Below, piece after piece: positions 1 through 13,812 of a DNA stretch of 64,000 bases; within the stretch, counting starts at the first letter, position 1, and each line of letters starts with the position of its first letter. This DNA is from the human T2T-CHM13v2.0 reference genome, Homo sapiens: NCBI RefSeq assembly GCF_009914755.1, contig NC_060925.1; one strand, given 5' to 3'. The translations under genes and the position numbers were made by a program. The notes below the pieces were generated by a model. The model did not search any database, had not been told where the DNA came from, and was given only the letters and a program-made list of their open reading frames with translations.

Positions 1-54
1 TAAATCAGTTTAGGAATATTTCAAATATTAATCTATTATTTTGCATTATTCTAG

Positions 55-69
55 GGAGAAAATGTGTAA
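55..69 (+). CDS. CCDC18: Probable last coding exon of an upstream gene (G-E-N-V-stop if phase 0); tentatively CCDC18 from recalled locus context
   Basis: The acceptor ttttgcattattctAG ends at 54 and is followed by GGA GAA AAT GTG TAA, AT-rich 3'UTR-like sequence and AATAAA at 174-179. Gene identity is recall plus inference and cannot be shown from 15 nt. Confidence 0.4.
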   Translation, partial: GENV

Positions 70-173
70 TTCAAAGAAGATACTGATGTGTTGAAAAAAT
101 GGAATTTTTGGTACTGTGCTGTTTACTTATTATATGTAGCTCATACTTCATAGAAGCTGTTATTTTGCTTTTG

Positions 174-179
174 AATAAA
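174..179 (+). terminator. Polyadenylation signal AATAAA of the putative terminal exon
   Basis: Canonical hexamer about 105 nt after the stop codon, with T-rich sequence downstream. Confidence 0.45.
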
Positions 180-344
180 TTTTATATTTCAATATTTTAA
201 AAGAAAGCCCTTCTAAAACTTAATTATATTTTTAAAGAAAATTTATTATTTTATTTATTGTTTTTTGGCTTAAACTTGCTGCTTTCTTTTGCTTTTTATA
301 TAAAAATCATTGTTAAAATGCATAAGTACATTGAGGAATGCAAA

Positions 345-774
<430 letters not shown>

Positions 775-992
775 GAGGAATGTCAGTTCTTAATCAGACT
801 ATTATTTGCTAATTTTTCTAGTATTACTTAATTTTTAAAATTAGTATAAATTTATAAGTCATTCTGCCACAGGTTTATAATTGTACTAATAATGGCTGAC
901 TTTCATTGAGTCAGTTTACTGTTTATCAGTGACTATTCTAGGCAGTTGTATTAGTCTGTTCTCATGCTGCCAATAAAGACATACCCCAGACT

Positions 993-1628
<636 letters not shown>

Positions 1629-2498
1629 AGAAAAGAGGTTTAATAGACTCACAGTTCCACATGGCTGGGAGGCCTCACAATCAATCATAGCAGAAGGCAA
1701 AGGAGGAGCAAAGTCAAGTTTTGCACAGCAGCAGGTAAGAGAGAGCATATGTGGGGGAACACCCCTTTATAAAACCTCAGATCTCATGAGACTTATTGAC
1801 TATCACAAGAACAGCATGGGAAAGACCCACCCTCATGATTCATATTTTTTGAGGATTTAAAGGAAAAGATGGCCATAATGAGTGAATAGATGGGGAGGAA
1901 TCTTAGACAAATACAAATCAATGAGTGGTACAAGGTAGAAACTTAGGGAGTCCCAATATTTTACAGGCAGGCAGAAAAGAAAATTGAGAATGGATGTTTA
2001 GAGATAAAATAACCAAATGGAAATTCTAGAACCAAAAAGTATAGTAGCTGAACATTTAAAACTCCCAATATTGGCTTAACAGCAGATTGGAGGTGACAGA
2101 AAAGTCAGTTGACTTGAAAGCAGATAAATAGTAAATTTCCACTCTGAAGAACAAAGAGAAATATGATTGAATAAATATAAAAAGAGCATCTAAGACCTGT
2201 AAGATAGTATTAAGAGAAGAAAGGGAAAATGGGGCAGGAAAAAGTTCTTATAGTTATGGCTGAAAATATCACAAATGTGGTGAAAAGATGACAACCTATA
2301 GATTTTCTAAGCTCAGCAAGCCCTAAGCAGGATAAAAAAAAAAATCCTGCTTAGTAATATAATAGTGAAAATTCTGTAAACCAAACACAGACATACCTTA
2401 AAAACAGAGACAGAAAAATCCTCATGTAGGGGAACAGTGATCCAAAAGAAGGCAGATTTGCCATGAGAAAGAGTGAGACACACTTTTAAAAGGACAAC

Positions 2499-3264
2499 TG
2501 TATTAGTCTGTTCCCACACTGCTATAAAGAACTATGTGAGACTGGGTAATTTATAAAGAAAAGATGTTTAATTGACTCACAGTTCCACAGGCTATACAGG
2601 AGGCATGGCTCAGGAAGCCTTGGGAAACAAAATCGTGGTGGAAGGTGAATGGGAAGCCAGCATGTCTTACATGGCAGGAGCAGAAGGAAGAGAGAGCAAA
2701 GGGGGAAGTGCTACACACTTAAACAACCAGATCTTGTGAGAACTCTATCATGAGGCAGCACTAGGGGGATGGTACTAAACCATTAAAAACCACTTCCATG
2801 ATCCAATTACCTCCCACCAAGCCCCACCTCCAATACTCAGGTTCACAATTCAACATGAGATTTGGGTGGAGACACAAAGCCAAACAATATCATTCCAACC
2901 ATGTCCCCTCCCACATCTCATGTCCTTCTCACACAAAAGTTCAATCATCCATTCTCAACAGCCCCCTAAGTCTTAACTCATTTCAACATTAACTCAAAAA
3001 TCCATAGTCCAAAGTCTCATCTGAGACAAGGCAAGTTCCTTCCACCTATGATCTTGTAAAATAAAAAACAAGTTAGTTACTTCAAAGATACAATGGGGGT
3101 ACAGACATTGGGTAAATGCTCCCATTCCAAAAGGGAAAAATTGGCCAAAAACAAAGGGGCTACAGGCCCCATGATCCAATCACCTTCCACCAGGCTCCAC
3201 CTTCAACACTTGGGATCACAATTCAATATGAGATTTGGGTGGGACACAGAAGCAAACCATATCA
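2499..3264 (-). mobile_element. MST-family MaLR element with a large internal deletion (LTR 2499-2892, internal 2893-3173, partial second LTR 3167-3264)
   Basis: Outer termini tgtatt.../...catatca; internal MaLR sequence (ctgagacaaggcaagt, gatacaatggggg); 5-bp TSD acaac/acaat. Confidence 0.85.
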
Positions 3265-3652
3265 ACAATATAATGAAAGTTAAAAGTATGGACAAAGATA
3301 CCAGGGAAACAAGCATAAAAAGTGCTTCAGGGCTATATTAATATCTGACAAAGTAGATGTCAAAAAATGAGTTTTGCCAGAGATTAAAAAAGGATGTTTC
3401 GTAATGGTAAAAGGATCCATTTAATAGGAAGACATACTCCTAAATGTGTATACACCAAATAACAGACTTCAGATACACGAACTGAAATCTAACTGAACTA
3501 AAGGGACAAATATATCCACATAGTGGGATAGTTTAACCTCCAGTTTTCAGTAATTAAAAGAATAAGAGACCAAAAAAAAAAATCAGCAAGGATATAGAAG
3601 TTATGAATAATATCAAACTGACTTGACTTAACTGACATTTAAAGATACTGTA

Positions 3653-4056
3653 GAGCCACACGTGGTGGCTCATGCCGGTAATTCCAGCAATTTGGGAGGC
3701 CAAGGTGGGAGGACTGCTTTAGCCCAGAAGTTTGAGACCAACCTGGGCAACATGGCAAAACCCTGTCTCTACCAAAACAAACAAAAAAATCAACCAGGCA
3801 TGGTGGTGTGTGCTATAGTCCTAGCTATTCAGGAGGCTGAGGTGGGAGGATTGCTTGATGCTTGAGCCCAGGAGGCAGAGGTTGCAGTGAGCAGAGATCA
3901 CACCACTGCACTCCAGGCATGGTGGTGTGTGCTATAGTCCTAGCTATTCAGGAGGCTGAGGTGGGAGGATTGCTTGATGCTTGAGCCCAGGAGGCAGAGG
4001 TTGCAGTGAGCAGAGATCACACCACTGCACTCCAGCCTGGGCAACAGAGCGAGACC
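3653..4056 (+). mobile_element. AluJ-like with an internal 119-bp tandem duplication
   Basis: The right-arm segment 3794-3912 is repeated at 3913-4031. Confidence 0.92.
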
Positions 4057-4190
4057 ATATATATAATTATTATATATAATACATATTTTATAGATTAATT
4101 TTTACATATATATAAATTATATAAAATATAAATTAATTATATATATATATTATATATATAAAATTATTATATATATAAAATACATATTGT
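4057..4190. repeat. AT-rich (TA)n low-complexity tract
   Basis: Nearly pure A/T with interrupted TA runs. Confidence 0.9.
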
Positions 4191-4191
4191 A

Positions 4192-4490
4192 GGCCGGGAA
4201 TGATGGCTCACACCTGTAATCCCAACACTTTGGGAGGCTGAGGCAGGAGGATTGCTTGAGCCCAGCAGTTCAAGACTGGCAAGAAGAACATAGTGAGACC
4301 CCATCACTACAAAAAAATTTAGAAACTAGCTGCACATGGTGATGTGTGGCTGTGGTCCCAGCTACTCAGGAGGCTGAGGTAGGAGAATCTCTTGAGCCTG
4401 AGAGTTCAAGGCTGCAGTGAACCATGATCACTCTACTGCACTTCAAGCTGGGCAACAGAACAAGACCCCATCTCAACAACAACAACAAAA
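4192..4490 (+). mobile_element. AluJ-like
   Basis: Diverged dimer with gttcaaggctgcagtga and a (CAA)n tail. Confidence 0.88.
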
Positions 4491-5185
4491 AGCAGATTGC
4501 TATTAAATATGAGGGTCATCAGTGCATACAGACTGCCTAAATTAAAAAGCCTGACAAAAGCTACAAATCAACAGTTTTAAAATATTGGACATGAAGCAAC
4601 AAAAGACAGTGATTTCTGAGAGATGGTTGAGCCCTTTATTTCCCCCATCTTATTACCTGGAGTAAGTTTCTAGGCTGTGACCTTGAGTTGAAGAGACAGA
4701 GCTAGGAATCTGGGGAGGCTAAGAAGGCTAGAATTCACAGGGCACAGTAATAAAGAGGAGAGAGCTACACAGAGAACTCTGGAAATTAAAGGATCTCCCT
4801 CAAATTTTCAGATGAGACATCATCAGTGACTATATGTGAGGAAACTACACAAGGCAAGGGAAAGAACCACTTGAATAATTGGAACAATCCTCAGAGCTCA
4901 GAAAGCTCTGAGAATAGATTTGTTTCCATGACTAGGAGTGAGAAAATCTCATCATTTTCAGGGCATCAGGTAGAATTCTCAAGAATGGTGCCTCAATAAT
5001 GGGGAAATAAACTCTAGACTAAATGCCTCTTGGGTACTAGTTTAGAGTCATTTAAAGCAAAACCTGAAAGGATAAAACTGTTTCCAAATAACCATGCCCA
5101 AGAACAAAAGCTCAAGAATATTTATAGGAATAAACTATTTATCTAATAATGTAAAATTCAGAATGTGTTTAATCAAAAGTTACCA

Positions 5186-5351
5186 GGTCCAGGAATGGTG
5201 GTACACAGCTGTAGTCCCAGCTATTCAGAAAGCTGAGGCAGGAGGATCACTTGAGCCCAGGAGTTCAAAGCTGTAGTGTGCTATGATCACACCTATGAAT
5301 AGGCACTGCACTCCAGCCTGGGCAACATAGCAAGACCCCATCTCTTAAAAA
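5186..5351 (+). mobile_element. FAM (fossil Alu monomer, 7SL-derived)
   Basis: Monomer retaining the 7SL-type segment gatcacacctatgaataggcactgcactccagcctgggcaacatag. Confidence 0.8.
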
Positions 5352-5962
5352 ATTATCAGGAATGGAAAGAAGCAGGAAAATATGACCCAATAATGATAAA
5401 AAGCAATGTAAACCAACCAGAAAAGACATAGATGATCAAATTAGTAGTCAAGGCCACTAAATTATTACAACTCTATTCCGTATGTTCAAGAAGCTAGAAG
5501 AAACACTGAACATGTTGAGTAGAGACATGGAAAACATAAAAAAAGAAATACAAACAACTTTGGGAGATTAAAACAACAATATTTGTGATGAAAAATAAAT
5601 TGGATGAGATGAACAGGAGATTATATATTGTAGAGGAAAGATTAATGAACATGAATAGAAAACTAGAAACTATCAAAATGAAACAAATAAAAAATTGTAG
5701 AAAAAAAAGTGAGCATAGCATCAACCAGCTGCAGGAAATCTTCAAGTGACATAATATACTTCTAATTGAAGTCCCTACAAAACAAAAGGTAGAGGGGAGG
5801 GGACAAGGGGAAACAAAAATTCTTAAAAAATGTTTTCAAACCTCTTGAATACTATATTAGAAACTAGTGTGTAGTGTGTTGTGGGGTTTATAATCTATGT
5901 AAAGTAAATCTATTCCAATAACAGCATATAGGGACTGTGAGGAGGGAAATGGAAGTATACTG

Positions 5963-6259
5963 TTTTTGTTTTTTGTTTTGTTTTGAGATGGAGTCTCGCT
6001 CTGTCGCCAGGCTGGAGTAAAGTGGCGCAGTCTCGGCTCACTGCAATCTCCACCTCCTGGGTTCAAGTGATTCTCCTCCCTCAGCCTCCTGAGTAGCTAG
6101 GACTATGCACGCCACCATGCCCAGCTAATTTTGTTATTTTTAGTAGAGATGGGGTTTCACCATGTTGGCCAGGATGGTCTCAATCTCCTGACCTCGTGAT
6201 CCACCCGCCTCGGCCCCACAAAGTGCTGGGATTACAGGCGTGAGCCACCACGCCTGCCC
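5963..6259 (-). mobile_element. AluS-like
   Basis: Full minus-strand Alu; TSD gaag(t/c)atact. Confidence 0.9.
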
Positions 6260-6742
6260 AGAAGCATACTATTTTAAGGCTATTTTAAGGCTCTTATATC
6301 TTATCTCAGGTATAAGAGTGAAATATCACCCGAAAGTAGACTGTGATAAGTTAATGCTCTATATTATAAGCCCTAAAGTAACTATTAAAATAACACAACA
6401 AAAAGTTATAGTGAATAAACCCAAAAAGAAAATAAAATGGAATCACAAAAAATAATTTTTCCAAAAGAAGACAGAAAAAGAGGGAAAAGGGAGCAAGGAA
6501 TAACTGGGACAAATAGAAAATAAATAGCAAATGGTAGATTAAAGACAACTAAATCAATCATCATATTAAATGTAAATGGCATAACCATCTTCATTAAAAG
6601 AGATCATCGGGTTGTATCAAAAAATAAGACTCAGCTATCTGACACCTACAAGAAACAATACTACCTACAAGAAGTACAAGACAGAAATAGATGAAAAGGA
6701 TTGAAAAATATTATATGCTAACACTGATTAAAATAAAGGTGG

Positions 6743-7171
<429 letters not shown>

Positions 7172-7628
7172 TCAAGTGATCCAGAAGACACCAATCCTAA
7201 GTGTATAAGTAACTAATAACAGATCTTCAAAATACGTGATATAAAAGCTAATAGAACTGCAAGGAAAAATAGACAAATCCAGAATTAAAGTTAGATATTT
7301 CAATACCCCTTTCTCAGTAACTTATAGAAAAAGTATCCTGAAAAATAATAAGATATAGAAGACAGGAACAACAACATAAAACAATTGAACCTGACATTTC
7401 TAGAACACCTCACCCAACAACAGCAGAAGATATATTTTTAAACTATGCAGGAAACATTTACCAGGATAGACCATGTTCTAGGACATAAAACAAGTCTGAG
7501 TAAATTTAAAAGGATCTAAGACATACCAAGTATGTTCTCTGAACACAATGTTGAGTTAAATTATAAACATAGAGCAGAAGGCGGTATCTGGGAAAACCTT
7601 AATTTTTGGAAATTAAGTAACACACATC

Positions 7629-7915
7629 TAGGCAGGTGCAGTGGCTCATGCCTGTAATCTCAGCACTTTCAGAGGCTAAGGCAGGAGGATCACTTGAGGC
7701 CAGGAGTTTGAGACCAGCCTGTGCAACACAGTGTGACCCCCATCTCTACAAAAGTAATAAAGTTTACCCAGGCACGGTGGTGTGTGCCTGTCACATCAGC
7801 GGCTTAGGAGGCTGAGGTGGGAGGATCACTTGAATCTGGAGTTCGAGGCTGCAGTGAGTTTTGATTGTGCCACTGCATTCCAGTCAGGATGAAAAAGCAA
7901 TACCTTTTCTCTAAA
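7629..7915 (+). mobile_element. AluJ-like, tail lost
   Basis: Diverged dimer (gttcgaggctgcagtgag) with no recognisable TSD. Confidence 0.85.
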
Positions 7916-7921
7916 AGACGT

Positions 7922-8347
7922 TAAAGTTAACAAGAACTTCAGTACAAAAATCCACAAAAAAGCTTCACCAGAGCATCCATCTCCACCAGGACAATGTTCC
8001 TGCTCGTTCCTGTCATCAAACAAGAGCAATTTTGTGAGTTTCTATGGGAAAGCATTATGCATCCACCTTACAGTCCTGATTTGGCTCCTTCTGACTTCTT
8101 TGTGTTTCCTAATCTTTAAAAAAAATCTATAAAGAGCACCCATTTCTCTTCAGTTAATAATGTAGAAAAGACTGTATTGACATGATTAAATTCTCAGGAC
8201 CCTCAGTTCTTTAAGGAGAAACTAAATGGCAGGGATCGTTGTGTACAAAAATGTCTTGAATTTAATGGAACTTATGTTGAGAATTAAAAGTTTTATATTT
8301 TATATTTTATAATTCCATTTTTCATAATAATTGGAGACCTCCTCATA
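7922..8347 (+). mobile_element. Mariner (Hsmar2-like) transposon, 3' fragment
   Basis: 8060-8116 translates HPPYSPDLAPSDFFVFPNL (mariner YSPDLAPxD motif). LHQDNVPAR lies upstream at about 7981 (HHDNAPAH-like). A degenerate TIR ends in TA near 8347. Confidence 0.88.
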
Positions 8348-8916
8348 TCAGAGAAGAGGAAAGGTCTCAATGACTTCAGCTTCTACCTTAGGAAAGTAGA
8401 AAATAAAGAATAAACTGCTTCCCAAAGGAAGCACAAGAAAGGAAATGTTAAAGATCATAGTGAATTTTAATGAAATAGAAAACAAAAACAATAAAGAATA
8501 AGGCACATCAAGATAGCCATATAAAAGCCTCCACCAATCATCTTTCCTTCAGGAACATCAAGTATAACGACTGTCTACAAAAAAAAAAAAAAGAAAAAAT
8601 CTTCGTACAAACCAAAAAGCAGGTGAGCATTCCCAATACCTGGTTTTTAACTTCATACTGCTGAAAGAGGCACTGAAGAGGGTGGGAAAGATAGTCTTGT
8701 ATTGCTGATGCCACTCCTCTCCCATCTCCAGGCAGAGGCTGCATGGCACAGGGAGAATCTGTGCTCTTGGGGGAGAGAAGGAGAATGCAGTGATTCTGGG
8801 GCTTTGCATTGGAACTCAGTGATGCCAGCACCAGACAGAATTCAGCCAATGCCCACAAAGGGAGTATTTAGCCCTAACCAGATGGGAATCACCCATCCCA
8901 GCAGTTGGAAGCTGAG

Positions 8917-10320
8917 TGATATGGTTTGGCTGTGTCCCCAACCAAATTTCATTTTGAATTGTAGTTCCCATAATCCCCATGTGTCATGGGAGGGACCCGG
9001 TGGGAGGTAATTGAATCACGACGGTTACCCCATGCTGCTGTCCTCGTGATAGTGAGTTCTTACCAGATCTGATGGTTTTACAAGGGGCTTTTCCATCTTT
9101 GCTTGACATTTCTCCTTCCTGCCATGTGAAGAAGGATGTGTTTCCTTCCCCTTCCACCATGATTGTTAAGTTTCCTGAGGCCTTCCCAGCCATGCTGAAC
9201 TGTGAGTCAATTAAACTTCTTTCCTTTATAAATTACCCAATCTTGGGCATGTCTTTATTAGCAGCATGAGAACAGACTAATACAGTAAATTGGTACCAGT
9301 AGAATGGGGCACAGCTATATGGATACCTGAAAATGTGGAAGTGACTTTGGAACTGGGTAACAGGCAGAGGTTGAAACAGTTTGGAGGGCTCAGAAGAAGA
9401 CGGGAAAATGCAAGGAAGTTTGGAACTTCCTAGAGACTTGGAGGGCTCAGAAGACAGGATGATGTGGAAAAGTTTGTAACTTCATAGAGATTTGTTGAAT
9501 AGTTTTGACCAAAATGCTAATAATGATGTGGACAATGAAGTCCAGGCTGAGGTGGCCTCAGATGGAGATAAGGAACTTATTTGGAACTGGAGCAAAGGTC
9601 ACTCTTGCTATGCTTCAGCAAAGAGACTGATGGCATTTTGCCCCTGCCCTAGAGATCCGTGGAACTTTAAACTTGAGGGAGATGATTTAGGGTATCTGGT
9701 GGAAGAAATTTCTAAGTGGTAAAGCATTCAAGAGGAAGCAGAGCATAAAAGTTTGGAAAATTTGCAGCCTGACCTTGAGGTAGAAAAGAAAAACCCATTT
9801 TCTGGGGAAAGAGTCAAGCCTGCTGCAGAAATTTGCATAAGTAACAAGGAGCTGAATGTTAATCAACAATACAATGGGGAAAATGTCTCCAGGGCATGTC
9901 AGAGACCTTCCCATCACAGGTCCAGAGGCCTAGGAAGAAAAAATGGTTTTGTGGGCTAAGCCCAGGGTCCCCCTGCTCTGTGCAGCCTAGAGGCTTGGTG
10001 CCCTGCCTCCCAGCTGCTCCAGCCATGGCTAAAAGAGGTTAATGTACAGCTCAGGCCATGGCTTCAGAGGGTGCAAGCCCCAAGCCTTGGCAACTCCCAT
10101 GTGATGTTGAGCCTGCAGGTACACAGAAGTCAAGAATTGAGGTTTGGGAACCTCTGCCTAGATTTCAGAAGATGTCTAGAAATGCCTGGATGTCCAGGCA
10201 GAAGTTTGCTGCAGGGGGCCAGGCCCTCATGGAGAACCTCTGCTGCGGTAATGTGGAAGGGAAATGTGGGGTCAGAACCCCCATACAGAGTCCCTATTGG
10301 GGAACTGCTTAATGAAGCTG
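8917..10320 (+). mobile_element. THE1 MaLR: 5' LTR (8917-9284) plus truncated internal region
   Basis: LTR tgatatggtttggctgtgtcccc...gactaataca, then THE1-int gtaaattggtacc...; no 3' LTR. Confidence 0.9.
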
Positions 10321-11696
10321 TTAGAGTGTTTTGGCAAACGGCCAACAATGTGCCTAATGGAGAGGATTCCTATTCTACTAGGTGGTGCTGTTGACTCTGA
10401 AATACCATGTGCTCTCCAGACCAAATATAAAGAGAGAGATGCTTGCTGCAGGGGGTTGGGGGGCCCTCTCTTCCTAGAAAATCTCAAAAACGGCAATCCC
10501 TTAAGCTTGAGCTGTATTCCCAATTACTACAGCATTTCCTGATCTTACCTAATATGATTACTTCCCTATACTGTAAAAATTCCCACAGCATTGCATACAG
10601 AGAATGGATATAAGAAATGAAGGAAAATTGCAATAGAGAAAGCTTGGAGATCCTTTGCCATCACACACTGAGCTGTCAGAGGCTGGAGTTAGTTCAGAAG
10701 CCTTCAGGTAACACTAGGATGTTGCCCTGGCCAGAAACCCTCAGTTGCCTCTGGACTTCTTCTAGCCCCATGTGATGGCTAGGCTCTCCATGAAATGAAA
10801 CCAGTTCAAAACAAAGTCAACATTCCTAGTACCCTGAGGATACTGGGTGATTTGCTAAGTTCCCCCTGGCAAGCCTGTCCCCTGAGTCTTGTAAGACTGG
10901 CAGCCAGGCTAACCATTTTTAAATGGCTGACAGGGTCCCAGTGTTTAGTTTGATTTTAAAATGGAGGGCAGAAGGCCTTGAAATGAAAGAAAAGAGTTGG
11001 GGTCTCATCCTATACTCACCCTTCTGATGAATCTACCTCAGATCCCAAGCAGGCCCCCACAATGAAGCAGCATCATTCATCTGGGATAATACCTGAGGTT
11101 AGTTGTCCCATGACCACAGAAAACTAGGATGCAGACATACCAGAGTGAGGTTAAGAGCAGAAGCTTAATAGGTGAAAGAAAGAGAAGCGCTCTCTGTGCA
11201 GAAGGGTCCCAGAGAAAAATGTATTGCCAGTTTTCTGGTGAAGTGCAGGAATTTTTATAGATGAGCTTGAGGAGGTGGTGTCTGATTTACAGAGGGCAGA
11301 AAAGATTGGTCAGACCAGGTGTGCCATTTGCATAGCATGTGAAGAAGCTGGCTGTCCCATCCTAATCTTTTATTATGCAGAAGGGTTCTCTACCTGGCCG
11401 GTGCCATGTTGCCTGCTCCTTACTGTACATGTGGTGACAATGAAAAGGGAAGATGGAGCCCCCATGTTGAACATACCTGGCTTCCAGGTAGCCCTTTTCT
11501 ATTGGCACAGCTGTTGGCACTCACCCATGCAAAGCTTTCAGCTTGCTTATCTATGTCTGCAGCTTGATTTTTCAGGCTGCTCTTTGTTAGAAAAGAAATG
11601 ATTTGGGAGCTGCTTTTTGTTAAAAGAGAAGCCTTGTCGAAGACTCCTTTTATGCACACTATCTGCCTAGATAATTTCTTTCTAGCTCCCGTATCA
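10321..11696 (-). mobile_element. ERV1 MER51-like: LTR (11063-11696) plus adjacent internal sequence
   Basis: The minus strand starts tgatacgggagctagaaagaaattatctaggcagatagtg and ends ...cttca. It is followed by a tRNA-Pro-like PBS tgggggcctgcttgggat (about 11042-11059), so this is a 5' LTR. Confidence 0.78.
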
Positions 11697-12001
11697 ACAG
11701 TAGAGAAAATCACCTTCACTAAAAGGGAGACAAGAAGGAAGAGAAGGAGAGAAGACCACAAAACAATAAGAAAACAAATAACAAAATGGCAGGAACAATT
11801 CCCTACTTATCAATAACTGCATGTAAATGGACCAAACTCTCCAATCAAAAAAGACCCAACGTTCTGTTGCCTACAAGAAACACACTTCACCTATAAAGAC
11901 ACACATAGACTGAAATAAAGGGTTGGAAAAAGATATTCCACGCAAATTAAAGCCAAAAAAGAGTAGGAGTGGCTATACTTCTATCAGAAAAAATAATTTC
12001 A

Positions 12002-12355
<354 letters not shown>

Positions 12356-13376
12356 TTATGATAAAGGGGTCAATTCAGCAAGAGGCATTAAAAATTGTAA
12401 ATATATATACACCCAAAACTCAAGCACCTAGATATATAAACCAAATGCCATTAGAGCTAAGGGGAGATGTAGACCCCAATATAATAATAGCCAGACACTT
12501 CACCACCCCACTTTCAGCATGGGATAGATCATCCAGACATGAAATCAACAAAGAAACATTAAACTTAATCTACCCTATAGACCCAGTGGATCTAATAAGT
12601 ATTTACAGAACGTTTTATTCAATGGCTGCAAAACGCACACTCTTCTCAGCCCATGGATTATTCTCAAGAATATACCACATGTTCAGTCACAAAACAAGTC
12701 TTAAAACATTCAAAAAATTGAAATAATACCAAGTATCTTCTCCAACCACAATGGAATAAAACTACAAATCAATAAGAGGAATTTTGGAGACTATACAAAC
12801 ACATGGACACTAAACAATATGCTTCTGAATGTCCAGTGGGTCAATGAAAAAATTAAGGAAATTGAAAACCCTTTTTACACAAATGATAATGGAAATACAA
12901 CATAACAAAAACCTATCAGATACAGTGAAAACAGTACTAAGAGGGAAGTTTATGTCTATAAGCGCCAACATCAGAAAAGAGAAACTTCAAATAAACAGCT
13001 TAATGATGTATCTTAAAGAATTAAAAAAACAACAGCAAGTCAAACCCAAAATTTGTACAAGAAAATAAAGATCAGAGCAGAATTAAATGAAATTGAAATA
13101 AAGAACACAATACAAAAGATCAATGAAACAAAAAGTGGCTTTTTGAAAAGATAAAGTTGATAAACCTTTAGTCAGACTAGCTAAGAATAAAAGAGAAAAG
13201 ATTCAAATAAATAAAACCAGAGATGAAAAAGAAGACATTTCAACCAATACCATGGAAATTAGTGGCCATGGTATTGGATCATTAGTGGCTACTATGAGCA
13301 ACTATATGCCAATAAATTCGAAACCCAAGAAGAAATAGCTCCTAGACAGATACAACCTGCAAAGATTGAACCATAA

Positions 13377-13812
<436 letters not shown>

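Noticed and set aside
5186-5351. Possible 7SL RNA gene (also 56303-56462)
   Set aside because: It lacks most of the S domain and is diverged, so it is a FAM monomer.
9381-9495. Tandem duplication of about 57 bp in THE1-int
   Set aside because: As I recall this is part of some THE1-int consensus sequences, and the copies are diverged, so it is not locus-specific.
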